Assembly (NCBI GenBank): GCA_965223905.1
Contig: CBDCXV010000010.1
Coordinates: forward strand, 64,001 to 128,000
Direction of reading: 5' to 3'
Length of the DNA stretch: 64,000 nt
Source: Candidatus Latescibacterota bacterium
Lineage (GTDB): Bacteria > Latescibacterota > UBA2968 > UBA8231
Positions 29,026-38,591 of the stretch are shown here, piece by piece. The translations under genes were made by a program, and so were the position numbers. The notes below the pieces were generated by a model. That model was given only the letters and a program-made list of their open reading frames with translations. It did no database searches and was not told where the DNA came from. How positions within the stretch are numbered: position 1 is the first letter of the stretch; every line of letters starts with the position of its first letter.

Positions 29026-29450
29026 TTAGTTGCATAGCTCGGTCGATGCAGGAAAACCGCCCAGCCTTCGTCAGGAACGGTAGCCGTCCTGCCGCCCGAG
29101 TGGGCCGAGAATCAGGAACTGGCCGTCGAGCTCGAGGAACAGCGGTTCCCGTATCTGGAGGAACTGCGGGAGGCGGTGGTGGTGGAACGGCGGGAGGCGG
29201 TGAGCCAAGGGTAAATCAGGAACCTGCGCTGCGGGGCGGGGGCGGGCAGTCGTTGATCTTCCTTCGATCAGCGGCTGCCCGCTTTTCTTTGCCCCAAAAA
29301 AAGGCTCTCCCCGAGAGTCCGGAATTAGTTGTTTCAGGGCGTTCAAAGCGATTTCGAGAGGAATCTTGTATATTTGCTCTGAAAGCACCAAAGGCCCGTT
29401 TCTGGAGGATCTGCGGGAGGCAGGCGGAAAGGGCGGAAGGAGTGCTACCG

Positions 29451-29747
29451 ATGTCTGAATTATCCCACGAGGGATTTTTGCTGTGTCCGCACTGCGAGGG
29501 CGACTATACTCACCATGATCGCGTGACTGTGTATGCCAGAGTGGAAGACGCGCTGCCAGGACGCCATGTAATCGAGATTCCTGACGAGAATACGACACGC
29601 CCGATGTAAATTCCAGACAACCCTTCTGCTCGTCGCTCGGGTCTTGTCGTTGAAGGGTATTGTGAGTCTTGTAGCGGTCGCTGGGAATTGACTATTGAAC
29701 AGCATAAGGGACAGACGCTTGTCGAGGTCAGAACACAGGAGGATTAA
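29451..29747 (+). pseudogene. Small CxxC...CxxC phage-type protein with an in-frame stop at 29607
   Basis: LLCPHCEGDYTHH...*...NPSARRSG...CESC...IEQHKGQT in a single frame. Confidence 0.55.
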
Positions 29748-30249
29748 TTCAGGGGGGGGCGTTGTCTTCAGGGTCTGATGATCGCGGCAGATGTTATAGT
29801 GGCTTATTCTCCAGAAGGAGTTTTGCTGGTTTATCGAAAAAAGAGTAGAATAGAAAAGCGAGCCCCGAATGAGGCTCGCTTTTGAAATTCGCCAGGAACC
29901 GGAAAAGGTTGGAGGACCGAAAGGTTCCTGATGTGAAGGTGGGCTAGAAGGCCCCCCTTCTTTCTTACAACTGCCCGGATTACGCTGCTAACACAGCATC
30001 CGGACTTAGCACGGAGGCAATCCGATGCCAATACGGATAGTACGGGATCCGTCCGATTATCGCAAGCGCCCGAGACAGATCCGGAAAGGAAATGAGTTTG
30101 GCTTCAAGTGTGAGGAGTGCGACCGAGAAAAGGATCAGGGAGAGATGTGGTCGAGACTGTGTCGCTCCTGTGAAAGCACTCAGCATCTTCGGTCCCCTTC
30201 CTGAAGATGCTGAGTGCCCCGCCCATCGGGAGCGTGGGACATGTTCTCT

Positions 30250-30750
30250 CTACAACCCGACATACGCCTCCCAATCTTGACTCCTTCGCATAAACCCCAT
30301 TTTTTTGAGGATGTTCAGCGATTCAGCACATTAGAGCGCCACTATATATTGGCCAACGAAGACAGTGCATACACTATATGTTGTATGACAAACCGGGCAT
30401 TTTGATCGACGCAGGGTTTTTACGAGAGAATCAATCTTCCATCAGCTTGCGTCGCAGATCGAACAATAGGCCGCCTCCGTCCGAATCGTCGTTGACGTGG
30501 GCCCAGGGCTAGCTCGCAGACCTCGCGGGGCGCCTGAGAGCAACTCGGCCGCCCAATCGCGGAAGCTGCTGCGAACTTGGGGACACCAGCCCCAAGCCGT
30601 CGTCGAACGCTCGCGCCCTGATCCAGGACTGTCCAAGGGCTCGAGGAGCCAAGGGCACGCGGTGCTCCCGGCTTCCTTACATTGCATGCGCTCGCTCGCG
30701 GGGATCGTCCACGTCGCTCCGTCGATTTCGTCCCCCCAACGCCCCCCGCC
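30250..30750 (-). pseudogene. Degenerate integrase 3' half, interrupted by MITE copy 2
   Basis: Colinear similarity to 31310-31715 (SSFRDWAAE, LMEDWEAY) with indels. Confidence 0.85.
30279..30432 (-). mobile_element. MITE copy 2 (154 bp)
   Basis: Reverse-complement homolog of 25729-25879, flanked by the 6-bp duplication AATCTT. Confidence 0.82.
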
Positions 30751-30924
30751 TTGACTGGTTGACTGTGCTATCCCGATCCTTCCCATGTCTCGGTGCTATT
30801 GGCTGACGTCGCAGATTAACTCGCGCACGGGAGGAGCCCCCCACATGGCCTATCCAGTCTGGGATGTCGTCCGGTTCGTCGTGAGATCCGGTGATATCTA
30901 CGATGATGGTGATTCCATCACCAA

Positions 30925-31278
30925 ATGAGTTACAAAAGCCCGCTACTGGATGAAAAGGATGAATGCACAGCCATGCTGTTGGCTACGGTCCTAATCCGGA
31001 TTCAAACATCAACTCCCGAATCTCCTCTCCGAGAGTTTTCGCGCTTTGGGTATCGAAGCCGGGTTCGCCAGGCCAAAGAAGAAGGAAAAGAGTGGCAAAG
31101 CCCTCTGGAGCTATTTGGAGATGACGAAAAACACCTTTTTGACATTGTTGAAAATATTTCGCTTCGACCTCAATATCAGCCTGTTCTGGCAGTATGCCGG
31201 GCGATTGTGATGAAAGAACCGATGTCGTCCGAGGTCTCCGTTTTTGAGTCGGTTATCGAGGCTCTCGGGATAACCTGA
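30925..31278 (+). CDS. Hypothetical protein
   Basis: 117-aa lower-GC ORF convergent with the integrase. Confidence 0.45.
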   Translation: MSYKSPLLDEKDECTAMLLATVLIRIQTSTPESPLREFSRFGYRSRVRQAKEEGKEWQSPLELFGDDEKHLFDIVENISLRPQYQPVLAVCRAIVMKEPMSSEVSVFESVIEALGIT

Positions 31279-32468
31279 TTTGATGGGTGCCGGGAACCTA
31301 CTTTCCCCAGATACGCCTCCCAATCCTCCATCAGCTTGCGGCGCAGATCGAACAGATCGCTTCTCCGGTAGGCAGCTTCGGTCCGGTCGTCGTTGACGTG
31401 GGCCAGGGCCAGCTCGCAGACCTCGCGGGGCGCTTGAGAGCACTCGGCGGCCCAATCGCGGAAGCTGCTGCGGAACCCGTGGGGCACCGCCTCGATGCCC
31501 AGTTCCTTGACGAACTGCGACAGCGACCCGTCCGCCTGCTTGCCGCGGCGCGAGCTGGGAAACACCAGCCCCGAGCCGTCGTCGAAGGCGCGCGCCTGAT
31601 CCAGCACCGCCAGGGCTCGAGGCGCCAGCGGCACGCGGTGCTCCCGGCCCTTCTTCATGCGCTCGGCCGGAATCGTCCACAACGCCCCGTCGATTTCCTC
31701 CCAGCGCGCCCCCCGGACTTCGTTGGAGCGGGTCGCGGTGAGCACCAGGAACTCGATAGCCAGCTTCCTCGGCTCCCATACTTCGGCGGCCCGCATCGTG
31801 CGCAGGGCCGCCACGACCTCGCCGTGCGGCAAGGCTTTGTAGTGGACCTTCACGGTCTCGTTCTTGGGCAGAGCCGCCTGGATGGCGTCGCCGGCCGGGT
31901 TGTCCTGGCGGTGGCCCTCGGCGACGGCCCACTTCATCACCTGCGAGATCCGCTGGCGCACCCGCTTGGCCGTCTCCCGGCGCGACGACCAGATCGGCGT
32001 GACGACGGCCAGCACGTCCGACGTCGTGATCCTGTCCACCGGCTTGCTGCCGAGCTTGGGCATGGCGTACTCGCCGAGACTCTTGCGCCAGTTTTCCTCC
32101 GAGCGGCCCCCCTCCCTCCAGGTCTCGGCGTGAATCCGGATGACGGCCTCGGCCGCGGCGGCGAAGGTGGGAACGCGGGAGGCGGCGCGTTGGGCGCGGG
32201 GGTCTGAGCCCTGCTCGACGGCGCGGCGATTCTCCAGCGCCTTGTCCCGAGCTTCTTTGAGCGTCACCAGCGGATACGGTCCGAGCCCGACGTTGGTCAG
32301 CTTCCCGTCGATGTTCAGCCGCTGGCTCCACGTCTTGGACAGCCGCCCGTTGTCCTCCCTGGGCTTGACCAGCAGCGAGAGCCCGAAGCCGCCGCGCCCG
32401 TCGCCGTAGCGGCCGGACCGGTTCACGTTTCGCACGAAGGTTGCCGAGAGCATTTTGGGGCGTTTCAT
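31176..32468 (-). CDS. P4/IntA-type tyrosine integrase with an arm-binding domain
   Basis: GRYGDGRGGFGLSL...GLGPYPLVTLKEAR; LTATRSNE (R); HGFRSSFRDW (HxxR); LAH...AAY. SD AAGGAGG precedes the ATG at 32468. Confidence 0.95.
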   Translation of the reverse strand: MKRPKMLSATFVRNVNRSGRYGDGRGGFGLSLLVKPREDNGRLSKTWSQRLNIDGKLTNVGLGPYPLVTLKEARDKALENRRAVEQGSDPRAQRAASRVPTFAAAAEAVIRIHAETWREGGRSEENWRKSLGEYAMPKLGSKPVDRITTSDVLAVVTPIWSSRRETAKRVRQRISQVMKWAVAEGHRQDNPAGDAIQAALPKNETVKVHYKALPHGEVVAALRTMRAAEVWEPRKLAIEFLVLTATRSNEVRGARWEEIDGALWTIPAERMKKGREHRVPLAPRALAVLDQARAFDDGSGLVFPSSRRGKQADGSLSQFVKELGIEAVPHGFRSSFRDWAAECSQAPREVCELALAHVNDDRTEAAYRRSDLFDLRRKLMEDWEAYLGKVGSRHPSNQVIPRASITDSKTETSDDIGSFITIARHTARTG

Positions 32469-32504
32469 GGGTCGATTTCCTCCTTGTTGACGTCCGTGGG
32501 TTAC

Positions 32505-32660
32505 GCACCACGTTATCACAAAATTATCACTATGTCAAGGAATCTTATGAAACGTAAGGAAACCACGAATCAGCCGTAAACGCCTGAAATACAGTCGATT
32601 ACAGAAACGCTACGGTAGGGTAAGAAATGGTATGAAATGCCAAAACAGTGGACAGGTCTT
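32505..32660. other. Putative right attachment region of the island
   Basis: AT-rich, with tandem TTATCAC arm-like sites at 32513-32530 and an abrupt switch to GC-rich YWTD-repeat coding sequence at ~32650. Confidence 0.55.
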
Positions 32661-35600
32661 CGACCTTTGAGCCGTCGAGGTGGGCGCGCTGGATCTTGTC
32701 GGCGCCGCTGTCGGTCCAGTACATGCGGCCGCTGTCCCGGTCGAGGGCGAGGTCCCGGGGCTGCATGAGCCCGGTGACCAGGGTGCGAATGTCGCTGCCG
32801 TCGAGCTCAGCCCGCTGGATGCGGTCGGTGCGCGCGTCGGTCCAGTAGAGCCAGGGCACGGCGAGCGGGGGCTCGTTGGAGGCCTGCACGGTGACGGAAA
32901 ACGTCTGGGTTGCCTGCAGGCCCCCCGGGTCGCGGGCGGTCACGGTGACGGCGGTCTCGCCGACGGCCAGCAGCCGTAGAGTCACCAGGGAGTCGGCGGC
33001 TTCCGCCGTGGCCACCGCTTCGTCGCCGGAGGAGGCCGTGTAGGTCAGGGCGTCTCCGTCCGGGTCGCTGCCGAAAAGCTCGAAGCTCAGCGAGTCGCCG
33101 GTTGCCGCGGTGCGGTCCGCCAGCGGCTCCAGGGCAGGGGCCTGGTTGTCCGTGGACAAAGTCCGAACCAGGGCCAGGCCCCGGGGGCTCTGCAGGCCCT
33201 CGGTCACCAGGTCTTCGATTTCGCTGCCGTCGAGGTTGGATCGCTGGATGCGGTCGCTGCTGCTGTCGGCCCAGTAGAGCTTGCCCGCGGCCGTATCGAG
33301 GGCCAGGCCCCGGGGCGTGCGCAAACCGGTGGTGACGAGATCCTCGACTTGAGAGCCGTCGAGCTCAGCGCGCTGGATCTTGTCGGTGCCGTTGTCGCTC
33401 CAGTAGAGCTTGCCGCTTGTCTGATCGAGGGCCAGGCCTCGCGGGATCTGCAAACCGGTGGTGACCAGGTCCTCGATTTGAGAGCCGTCGAGGTTGGCCC
33501 GCTGGATCTTGTCGGCGCCGCTGTCGGTCCAGTAGAGCTTGCCGCCGGCCGCGTCCAGGGCCAGGCCCAACGGGGTCCGCAGGCCGGTGACGAGGTCCTC
33601 GATTTCGGTTCCGTCGAGGTTGGACCGTTGAATCCGGTCGGTGCCGTTGTCCGTCCAGTAGAGCTTGCCGGCGACTGCGTCGAGGGCCAGAGCCAGGGGG
33701 ATCCGCAGGCCGGTGGTCACCAGGTCCTCCACTTCGGAGCCGTCGAGGTTGGCCCGCTGGATGCGGTCGCTGCCGTAGTCGCTCCAGTAGAGCTTTCCGG
33801 CCGCCTGATCCACGGCCAGGCCGCGCGGATTGACCAGGCCGCTGTCGACGACGTCCTCCACCCCGGAGCCGTCCAGGTGAGACCGCTGAATCCGGTCGCT
33901 GCCCGCGTCCGTCCAGTAGAGCCGGTTGACGGCCCCGAGGCTTCCGGCCCCGACGACGAGCACGGCGAAGCGCTGCACCGCCTCCAGGCTCTCCGGGTCG
34001 CGGGCGGTCGCGGTGATCGTGGCCCGGCCCATCGCCAGTGCGTAGACCGTCAGCAGAGAATCAGCCACCTCGACCCGGGCTACCGCCTCGCTGCCTGATG
34101 AAGCCGTGTAGGTCAGGGCGTCGCCGTCCGGGTCGCTGCCGGCTGCCACGACAGTCAGGGTGTCGCCGGCGGCCGCGGTCCGGTCCGCCAGCGGCCCCAG
34201 GACCGGGGCCCGGTTGCCGGCGGCGGCCACGGTCCGGGCCAGGGCCAGGCCCCGCGGACTCAGCAGACCCTCGGTCACCAGGTCTTCGATTCCGGAGCCG
34301 TCGAGGTTGGACCGCTGGATCTTGCCGGTGCCGCTGTCCGTCCAGTAGAGCTTGCCCGCCTCCGCGTCGAGAGCCAGGCCCCGGGGACTTTCCAGACCCT
34401 CCCTCACCAGCTCTTCCACCTCGGAGCCGTCGAGATTCGCCCGCCGGATCTGGTCGGTGCCGTTGTCCGTCCAGTAGAGCTTGCCGCCGGCTGCGTCCAC
34501 GGCCAGCCCCCGGGGAAGGTCCAGGCCGGTGGTCACCAGGTCCTCGATTTCGCTGCCGTCGAGGTTGGACCGCTGAATCTTGTCGGCGCCGCTGTCGGTC
34601 CAGTAGAGCTTGCCCGCGGCTGCGTCCAGGGCCAGGCTCAACGGCGTCTGCAGGCCGGTGACCAGGTCCTCGATTTCGGAGCCGTCGAGGTTGGACCGCT
34701 GAATCTTGTCGCTGCCGTTGTCCGTCCAGTAGAGCTTGCCGGCGACCGTGTCCAAGGCCAGCCCCAGGGGGATGCGCAGTCCCTCGGTGACCAGGTCTTC
34801 CACCTGAGAGCCGTCGAGGTTGGACCGCTGGATGCGGTCGCTGCCGTAGTCGGTCCAGTAGAGCTTGCCGGCCGCTGAGTCCACGGCCAGGCCGCGCGGG
34901 TTGACCAGACCGCTGTCGACCACGTCCTCCACCCCGGAGCCGTCCAGGTTTGCGCGCTGAATGCGGTCGCCGTCCGCGTCCGTCCAGAAAAGCATCGAGG
35001 CCTCCGCCCCGGCCCCGATCGGAGCACCGATCCCTTCCGGAAGCGACGGATCGGACGGGTCGGCGTGGTAGGCCTCGATCAGCCGGGCGTCGGCCAGATC
35101 GACCTGGCCGTCCCGGTTGACGTCCCCCAGGGTGAGGACGCCGTTGGCAAGGGACAGGGTCGGATCCTCGCTGTACGAGGCGATCAGCAGGGCGTCGGCG
35201 AGATCGACCCGGCCGTCCCGGTTGACGTCGCCCAGCAGACCCCCGGAGGCCATCTTGCCGCGGGGCAGGGATGACAGCGGCTGAACCTGGATCTCGACCG
35301 GACCGGCCCCCACCCGGAAGGCCGGGTCGACATAGGGGACCAGCCCCGGCCCCGAGACCGTCAGCCCGTAGACCGGCCCCTCGCCGCGGGCCGCAGCCCT
35401 CGCCCCGCCCGAACCCCCTCCACCCGCCGCAACCACCGGGCCGTCCAGCAGCACCATCGACCGCGTCAGACGCTCCCCGCCCCCAAGAAGCCGGTACAGA
35501 TACACCCCCGAGCCCACCCCCCGCCCCGAAGCGTCGGTCGCGTCCCAGATCGCCGTGTGAAAACCGGCCGGCCGCTCCCCGTCCACCAGGGTCGCCACCC

Positions 35601-36048
35601 GCTGACCCAGAATGTTGAACACCTCCAGGCGCACCCGGGTTGCCGCCGGCAGCTGATACGGGATGATCGTCGAGGGATTGAACGGGTTGGGGTAGTTCTG
35701 ACCCAGGCGCAGGCGCGCCGGCAGCGGCGCGGCACGGCGCAGCGCCTTCAGGGGAAAGGCGAAATAGCCGCTCTCATCGGTGGTGACCCGCAGCGAGCGC
35801 CCCAGCTCGGCGAACAGCCGCACCCGGGCTCCGCCAGCCGGAGCCCCCGAAGACAGAAGCACCCGACCCTCCAGCAGCGGCTCGGCGGCGGCGGCGGCCC
35901 CGGCGCCTGACCCCGGTCCCGTGAGGCAGCCGAGCACCGCCAGCAGCCATCCGAAACCGCCGGCACCCGGGAAAGAGGCCGGGGAGCGCCGGGCCGCCAG
36001 GGTGCGGGAGGTATCGATGGGGTTCTCCAGTCGCAAGGTCGGCCGCAT
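32599..36048 (-). CDS. Secreted protein with FlgD-Ig, dockerin-like, Ig/cadherin-like and many YWTD (LDL-receptor class B) repeats; 3'-truncated
   Basis: QNYPNPFNPST, two LGDVNRDG repeats and many KLYWTD...IQRANLDGS repeats; the third propeller breaks off at KVEDL. Confidence 0.9.
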   Translation of the reverse strand: MRPTLRLENPIDTSRTLAARRSPASFPGAGGFGWLLAVLGCLTGPGSGAGAAAAAEPLLEGRVLLSSGAPAGGARVRLFAELGRSLRVTTDESGYFAFPLKALRRAAPLPARLRLGQNYPNPFNPSTIIPYQLPAATRVRLEVFNILGQRVATLVDGERPAGFHTAIWDATDASGRGVGSGVYLYRLLGGGERLTRSMVLLDGPVVAAGGGGSGGARAAARGEGPVYGLTVSGPGLVPYVDPAFRVGAGPVEIQVQPLSSLPRGKMASGGLLGDVNRDGRVDLADALLIASYSEDPTLSLANGVLTLGDVNRDGQVDLADARLIEAYHADPSDPSLPEGIGAPIGAGAEASMLFWTDADGDRIQRANLDGSGVEDVVDSGLVNPRGLAVDSAAGKLYWTDYGSDRIQRSNLDGSQVEDLVTEGLRIPLGLALDTVAGKLYWTDNGSDKIQRSNLDGSEIEDLVTGLQTPLSLALDAAAGKLYWTDSGADKIQRSNLDGSEIEDLVTTGLDLPRGLAVDAAGGKLYWTDNGTDQIRRANLDGSEVEELVREGLESPRGLALDAEAGKLYWTDSGTGKIQRSNLDGSGIEDLVTEGLLSPRGLALARTVAAAGNRAPVLGPLADRTAAAGDTLTVVAAGSDPDGDALTYTASSGSEAVARVEVADSLLTVYALAMGRATITATARDPESLEAVQRFAVLVVGAGSLGAVNRLYWTDAGSDRIQRSHLDGSGVEDVVDSGLVNPRGLAVDQAAGKLYWSDYGSDRIQRANLDGSEVEDLVTTGLRIPLALALDAVAGKLYWTDNGTDRIQRSNLDGTEIEDLVTGLRTPLGLALDAAGGKLYWTDSGADKIQRANLDGSQIEDLVTTGLQIPRGLALDQTSGKLYWSDNGTDKIQRAELDGSQVEDLVTTGLRTPRGLALDTAAGKLYWADSSSDRIQRSNLDGSEIEDLVTEGLQSPRGLALVRTLSTDNQAPALEPLADRTAATGDSLSFELFGSDPDGDALTYTASSGDEAVATAEAADSLVTLRLLAVGETAVTVTARDPGGLQATQTFSVTVQASNEPPLAVPWLYWTDARTDRIQRAELDGSDIRTLVTGLMQPRDLALDRDSGRMYWTDSGADKIQRAHLDGSKVEDLSTVLAFHTISYPTVAFL

Positions 36049-36730
36049 GCAGGACCGGGATTGCCGAAGCCCCAGCAGGAACGCACCGGGGGGCCTGCGC
36101 GTTTAGATCCTGTATGGGCGTGCAAAGACTGTGCCATCTGGGAAGAAATTGAGCTAACTACTTGCAGATAAAGGGGTTGAAGAAATTCAGGAGAAGCCGG
36201 GGAAAAGGGGTCGAGTGTCGCATTTTGAAACATTCCTGCGCCTGCCCCGGGGGTCGCCTGAAGGGGAGTCAACTGTTCAACCAACTGTTTATAAACGGGT
36301 TATATAAACCAGGGGGCGGCAGACAGGGCCCTGTGACGCAATATGAGACACGTGTCTCAACTTGCGACACAAAGGGGAACGGCAGGAAGTGGGCCCGCGC
36401 GGTCGAATTCTCGGAGGGGAGGGCCCGCATCCGCAGCCCGCCGACAGGCAGACAGCCCGGCCGGGGGGAACAGCAGCAACCAGGGCAAGGGGCCGGCGTC
36501 GCACCCGGCCGAAAGGCGGTCCGCGAAACCCGGCAGCCCCTCCTCGACGGACTCGAGAAGGGCTGCGACGAGTACTGGATCCTGTTCTCCCGGCAGCGGC
36601 GTCGCCGTATCGAAAGGAAGAGGTACGAGGTGTCCGCAGGGGACGGCGTGGCCACCGGGATGGGGCACCACCACGACTTCCCGCCCGTTCACGAGCCGGT
36701 GCGGGCCGTCTATTCCGAGACCACACCGGT

Positions 36731-37831
36731 TCAACCGCCTGACAACAGCTCCTCCAGCCGGCGGGCGACGATCTCAGCCTCCCCCTCTTCCATCAGGTGG
36801 GCCGCCACCGTGACACCTTCCACCGAGGCGCTCAGCTCTATGCGGGGATCCCCTGCGGACAGCTTCCGCTCGACTTCGGCCGGGTCGACGCCCACGGCCT
36901 CGGGGTCCCATGTGATCTCGAGAAGCGGGGCGACGTTTGAGCGCCCGGGCTGGCGGATGCTCGTCCCCACCGTATCGACAGCCTCGACCGCGGCCGCAAC
37001 GGTCGCCAGGCGGCGCTCCCATTGCCGCCACTCCCCCTCGTGGTCCCGCGCGACCCACTGTTCGACCGCGGCCAGCAGACCCATCACTTCTTCCTTGCTC
37101 GCCTTCATCGGCCGCCCGATCGAGTGGTGGGGGGCCCCGTTGAGGAAGGCGGCCTGCAGCAGCTCCCTGCGGCCGAGAACCAGCCCGGACGACTGCGGGC
37201 CGCGCAGGCACTTGCCGCCGCTGTAGGCCACGGCGTCGACGCCGTCGGCGAGGTACCTGTTGGGGACGTCAGGCCGCTCCGCGGCGGCGTCGACGAACGA
37301 GGGGATGCCGCGGGCCTTTCCGCAGGCGGCCATCTCCGCCACGGAGATCTCGCCGCGGTCGGCCGCGTCCCCCATCATCAGCAGCAGGGCGGTGCGGGCC
37401 CCCACTGCCCGCTCGAGCTCCTCCCTGGTGCGCACCTCGACCATCTTCACCCCGACGGCGCGCACTGCGTGGTCGTACACGTGGCGATGGCTGGGCTGCA
37501 CGATCACCTCGTTCTTCATGCCGGCGGTGTCGGGCAGGCGCGCGATCTTCTCCGGGTCCCCGCCGGCCACCGCCGCGGCCGTCACCTGCGCGAGCGCCGC
37601 GGCGCATCCGTTGACCACCAGTCCCCACTCGCATTGCATGAGCCCGGAGATACGACTGCCGACCGCTTCGGCCAGCTCGTCGAGGTGGACGTAGCTCCGG
37701 GACGCGGCCGCCATCGCCGCACGCACCTCCGGCAGCAGCAGCGAGCCGCTGATGATGGTGTAGTAGCCGCGGCAGTTGATGAGCGGCCTGACGCCGATGG
37801 TGCCGTACGAGGGAAACTGGAGATCGCTCAT
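36731..37831 (-). CDS. SelA-like PLP-dependent enzyme
   Basis: RPLINCRG, FVDAAAE, YSGGKCLRGPQSSG and IGRPMKASKEE. Confidence 0.85.
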   Translation of the reverse strand: MSDLQFPSYGTIGVRPLINCRGYYTIISGSLLLPEVRAAMAAASRSYVHLDELAEAVGSRISGLMQCEWGLVVNGCAAALAQVTAAAVAGGDPEKIARLPDTAGMKNEVIVQPSHRHVYDHAVRAVGVKMVEVRTREELERAVGARTALLLMMGDAADRGEISVAEMAACGKARGIPSFVDAAAERPDVPNRYLADGVDAVAYSGGKCLRGPQSSGLVLGRRELLQAAFLNGAPHHSIGRPMKASKEEVMGLLAAVEQWVARDHEGEWRQWERRLATVAAAVEAVDTVGTSIRQPGRSNVAPLLEITWDPEAVGVDPAEVERKLSAGDPRIELSASVEGVTVAAHLMEEGEAEIVARRLEELLSGG

Positions 37832-37996
37832 GTCTTGTGGGTTCGTCCTTCCGGGGGCATTTGATGAGCGGCGGAATCCCGATGGGACGTCACCTGAAAA
37901 TCCGGAGATCCCTCGTCTCAGGTGCGTTCCGTTCTGCCGGCGGCAGTTAGTCAGCGTCCTGACCGGGAACGCCGCGGATGGAAAGCCGCAGGTCGC

Positions 37997-38575
37997 TCAT
38001 GCCGCTTCTCCGGCCGGATCCATCTCCATGAAGTAGTAGCAGATCACGTGCATCAGCACGGTGTGGAGATCCTCGACGCGGCCCATGTGGTGGCTTTCGA
38101 CGACAACGGCCAGGTCGGCCGCTCCGGCCAGCCTGCCTCCCCCGAACCCGGTCCAGCCGATCGTCCGCATCCCCAGCTCCCGGGCGGCGGCCACGGCGTT
38201 TAGTACGTTGGCGCTGTTTCCGGAGCCGGAGATCGCGATCAGCAGGTCGTCCGCTTCCCCGAGGTTGCGCAGCTGCTCGGCGAAGATCGAGCCGTAGTCG
38301 ACGTCGTTGGCCAGCGCCGTCATCCAGGGGACGTTGTCGGTCAGGGCGGTGACCCGGAAGCGCTGCTGGCGCGGCCGGCCGAGGCTGGCCCCCTTGCCGA
38401 GGTCGTTGGCCATGTGGCTCGCCGTGGCGGCGCTGCCGCCGTTGCCGCACAGGAAGATGCGGCTGCCCCGGTGGCGGGCCGCGGCGATCTCCATGCGGCA
38501 GCTTTCAACGGCCTCGAGGTCCAGGGCCGCAAGCGCCCCCTGCAACTCGCCGAGATAGTTGCGAAGATGGTCCAT
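37997..38575 (-). CDS. gmhA: SIS-domain phosphoheptose isomerase
   Basis: CGNGGSAATASH, TALAND, ISGSGNSANV and VEDLH. Confidence 0.85.
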   Translation of the reverse strand: MDHLRNYLGELQGALAALDLEAVESCRMEIAAARHRGSRIFLCGNGGSAATASHMANDLGKGASLGRPRQQRFRVTALTDNVPWMTALANDVDYGSIFAEQLRNLGEADDLLIAISGSGNSANVLNAVAAARELGMRTIGWTGFGGGRLAGAADLAVVVESHHMGRVEDLHTVLMHVICYYFMEMDPAGEAA

Positions 38576-38591
38576 GGCCGTGCCATCCCCC

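Larger units (their letters stand above)
26701..29285 (+). repeat. Three direct copies of the zinc-finger gene tail (26701-26908, 27788-27907, 29074-29285)
   Basis: GCCGTCCTGCCG(C/G)CCGAGTGGGCCGAGAATCAGGA...GCGGTGGTGGAACGGCG recurs three times. Confidence 0.9.

Noticed and set aside
25729-30432. Single invertible segment or composite transposon carrying the CRISPR array between 150-bp inverted repeats
   Set aside because: Each copy has its own TIRs and its own distinct 6-bp duplication, indicating independent MITE insertions.
36162-36730. ORFs between the YWTD gene and the SelA-like gene
   Set aside because: No recognisable motifs or RBS, and the frames conflict; left unannotated.
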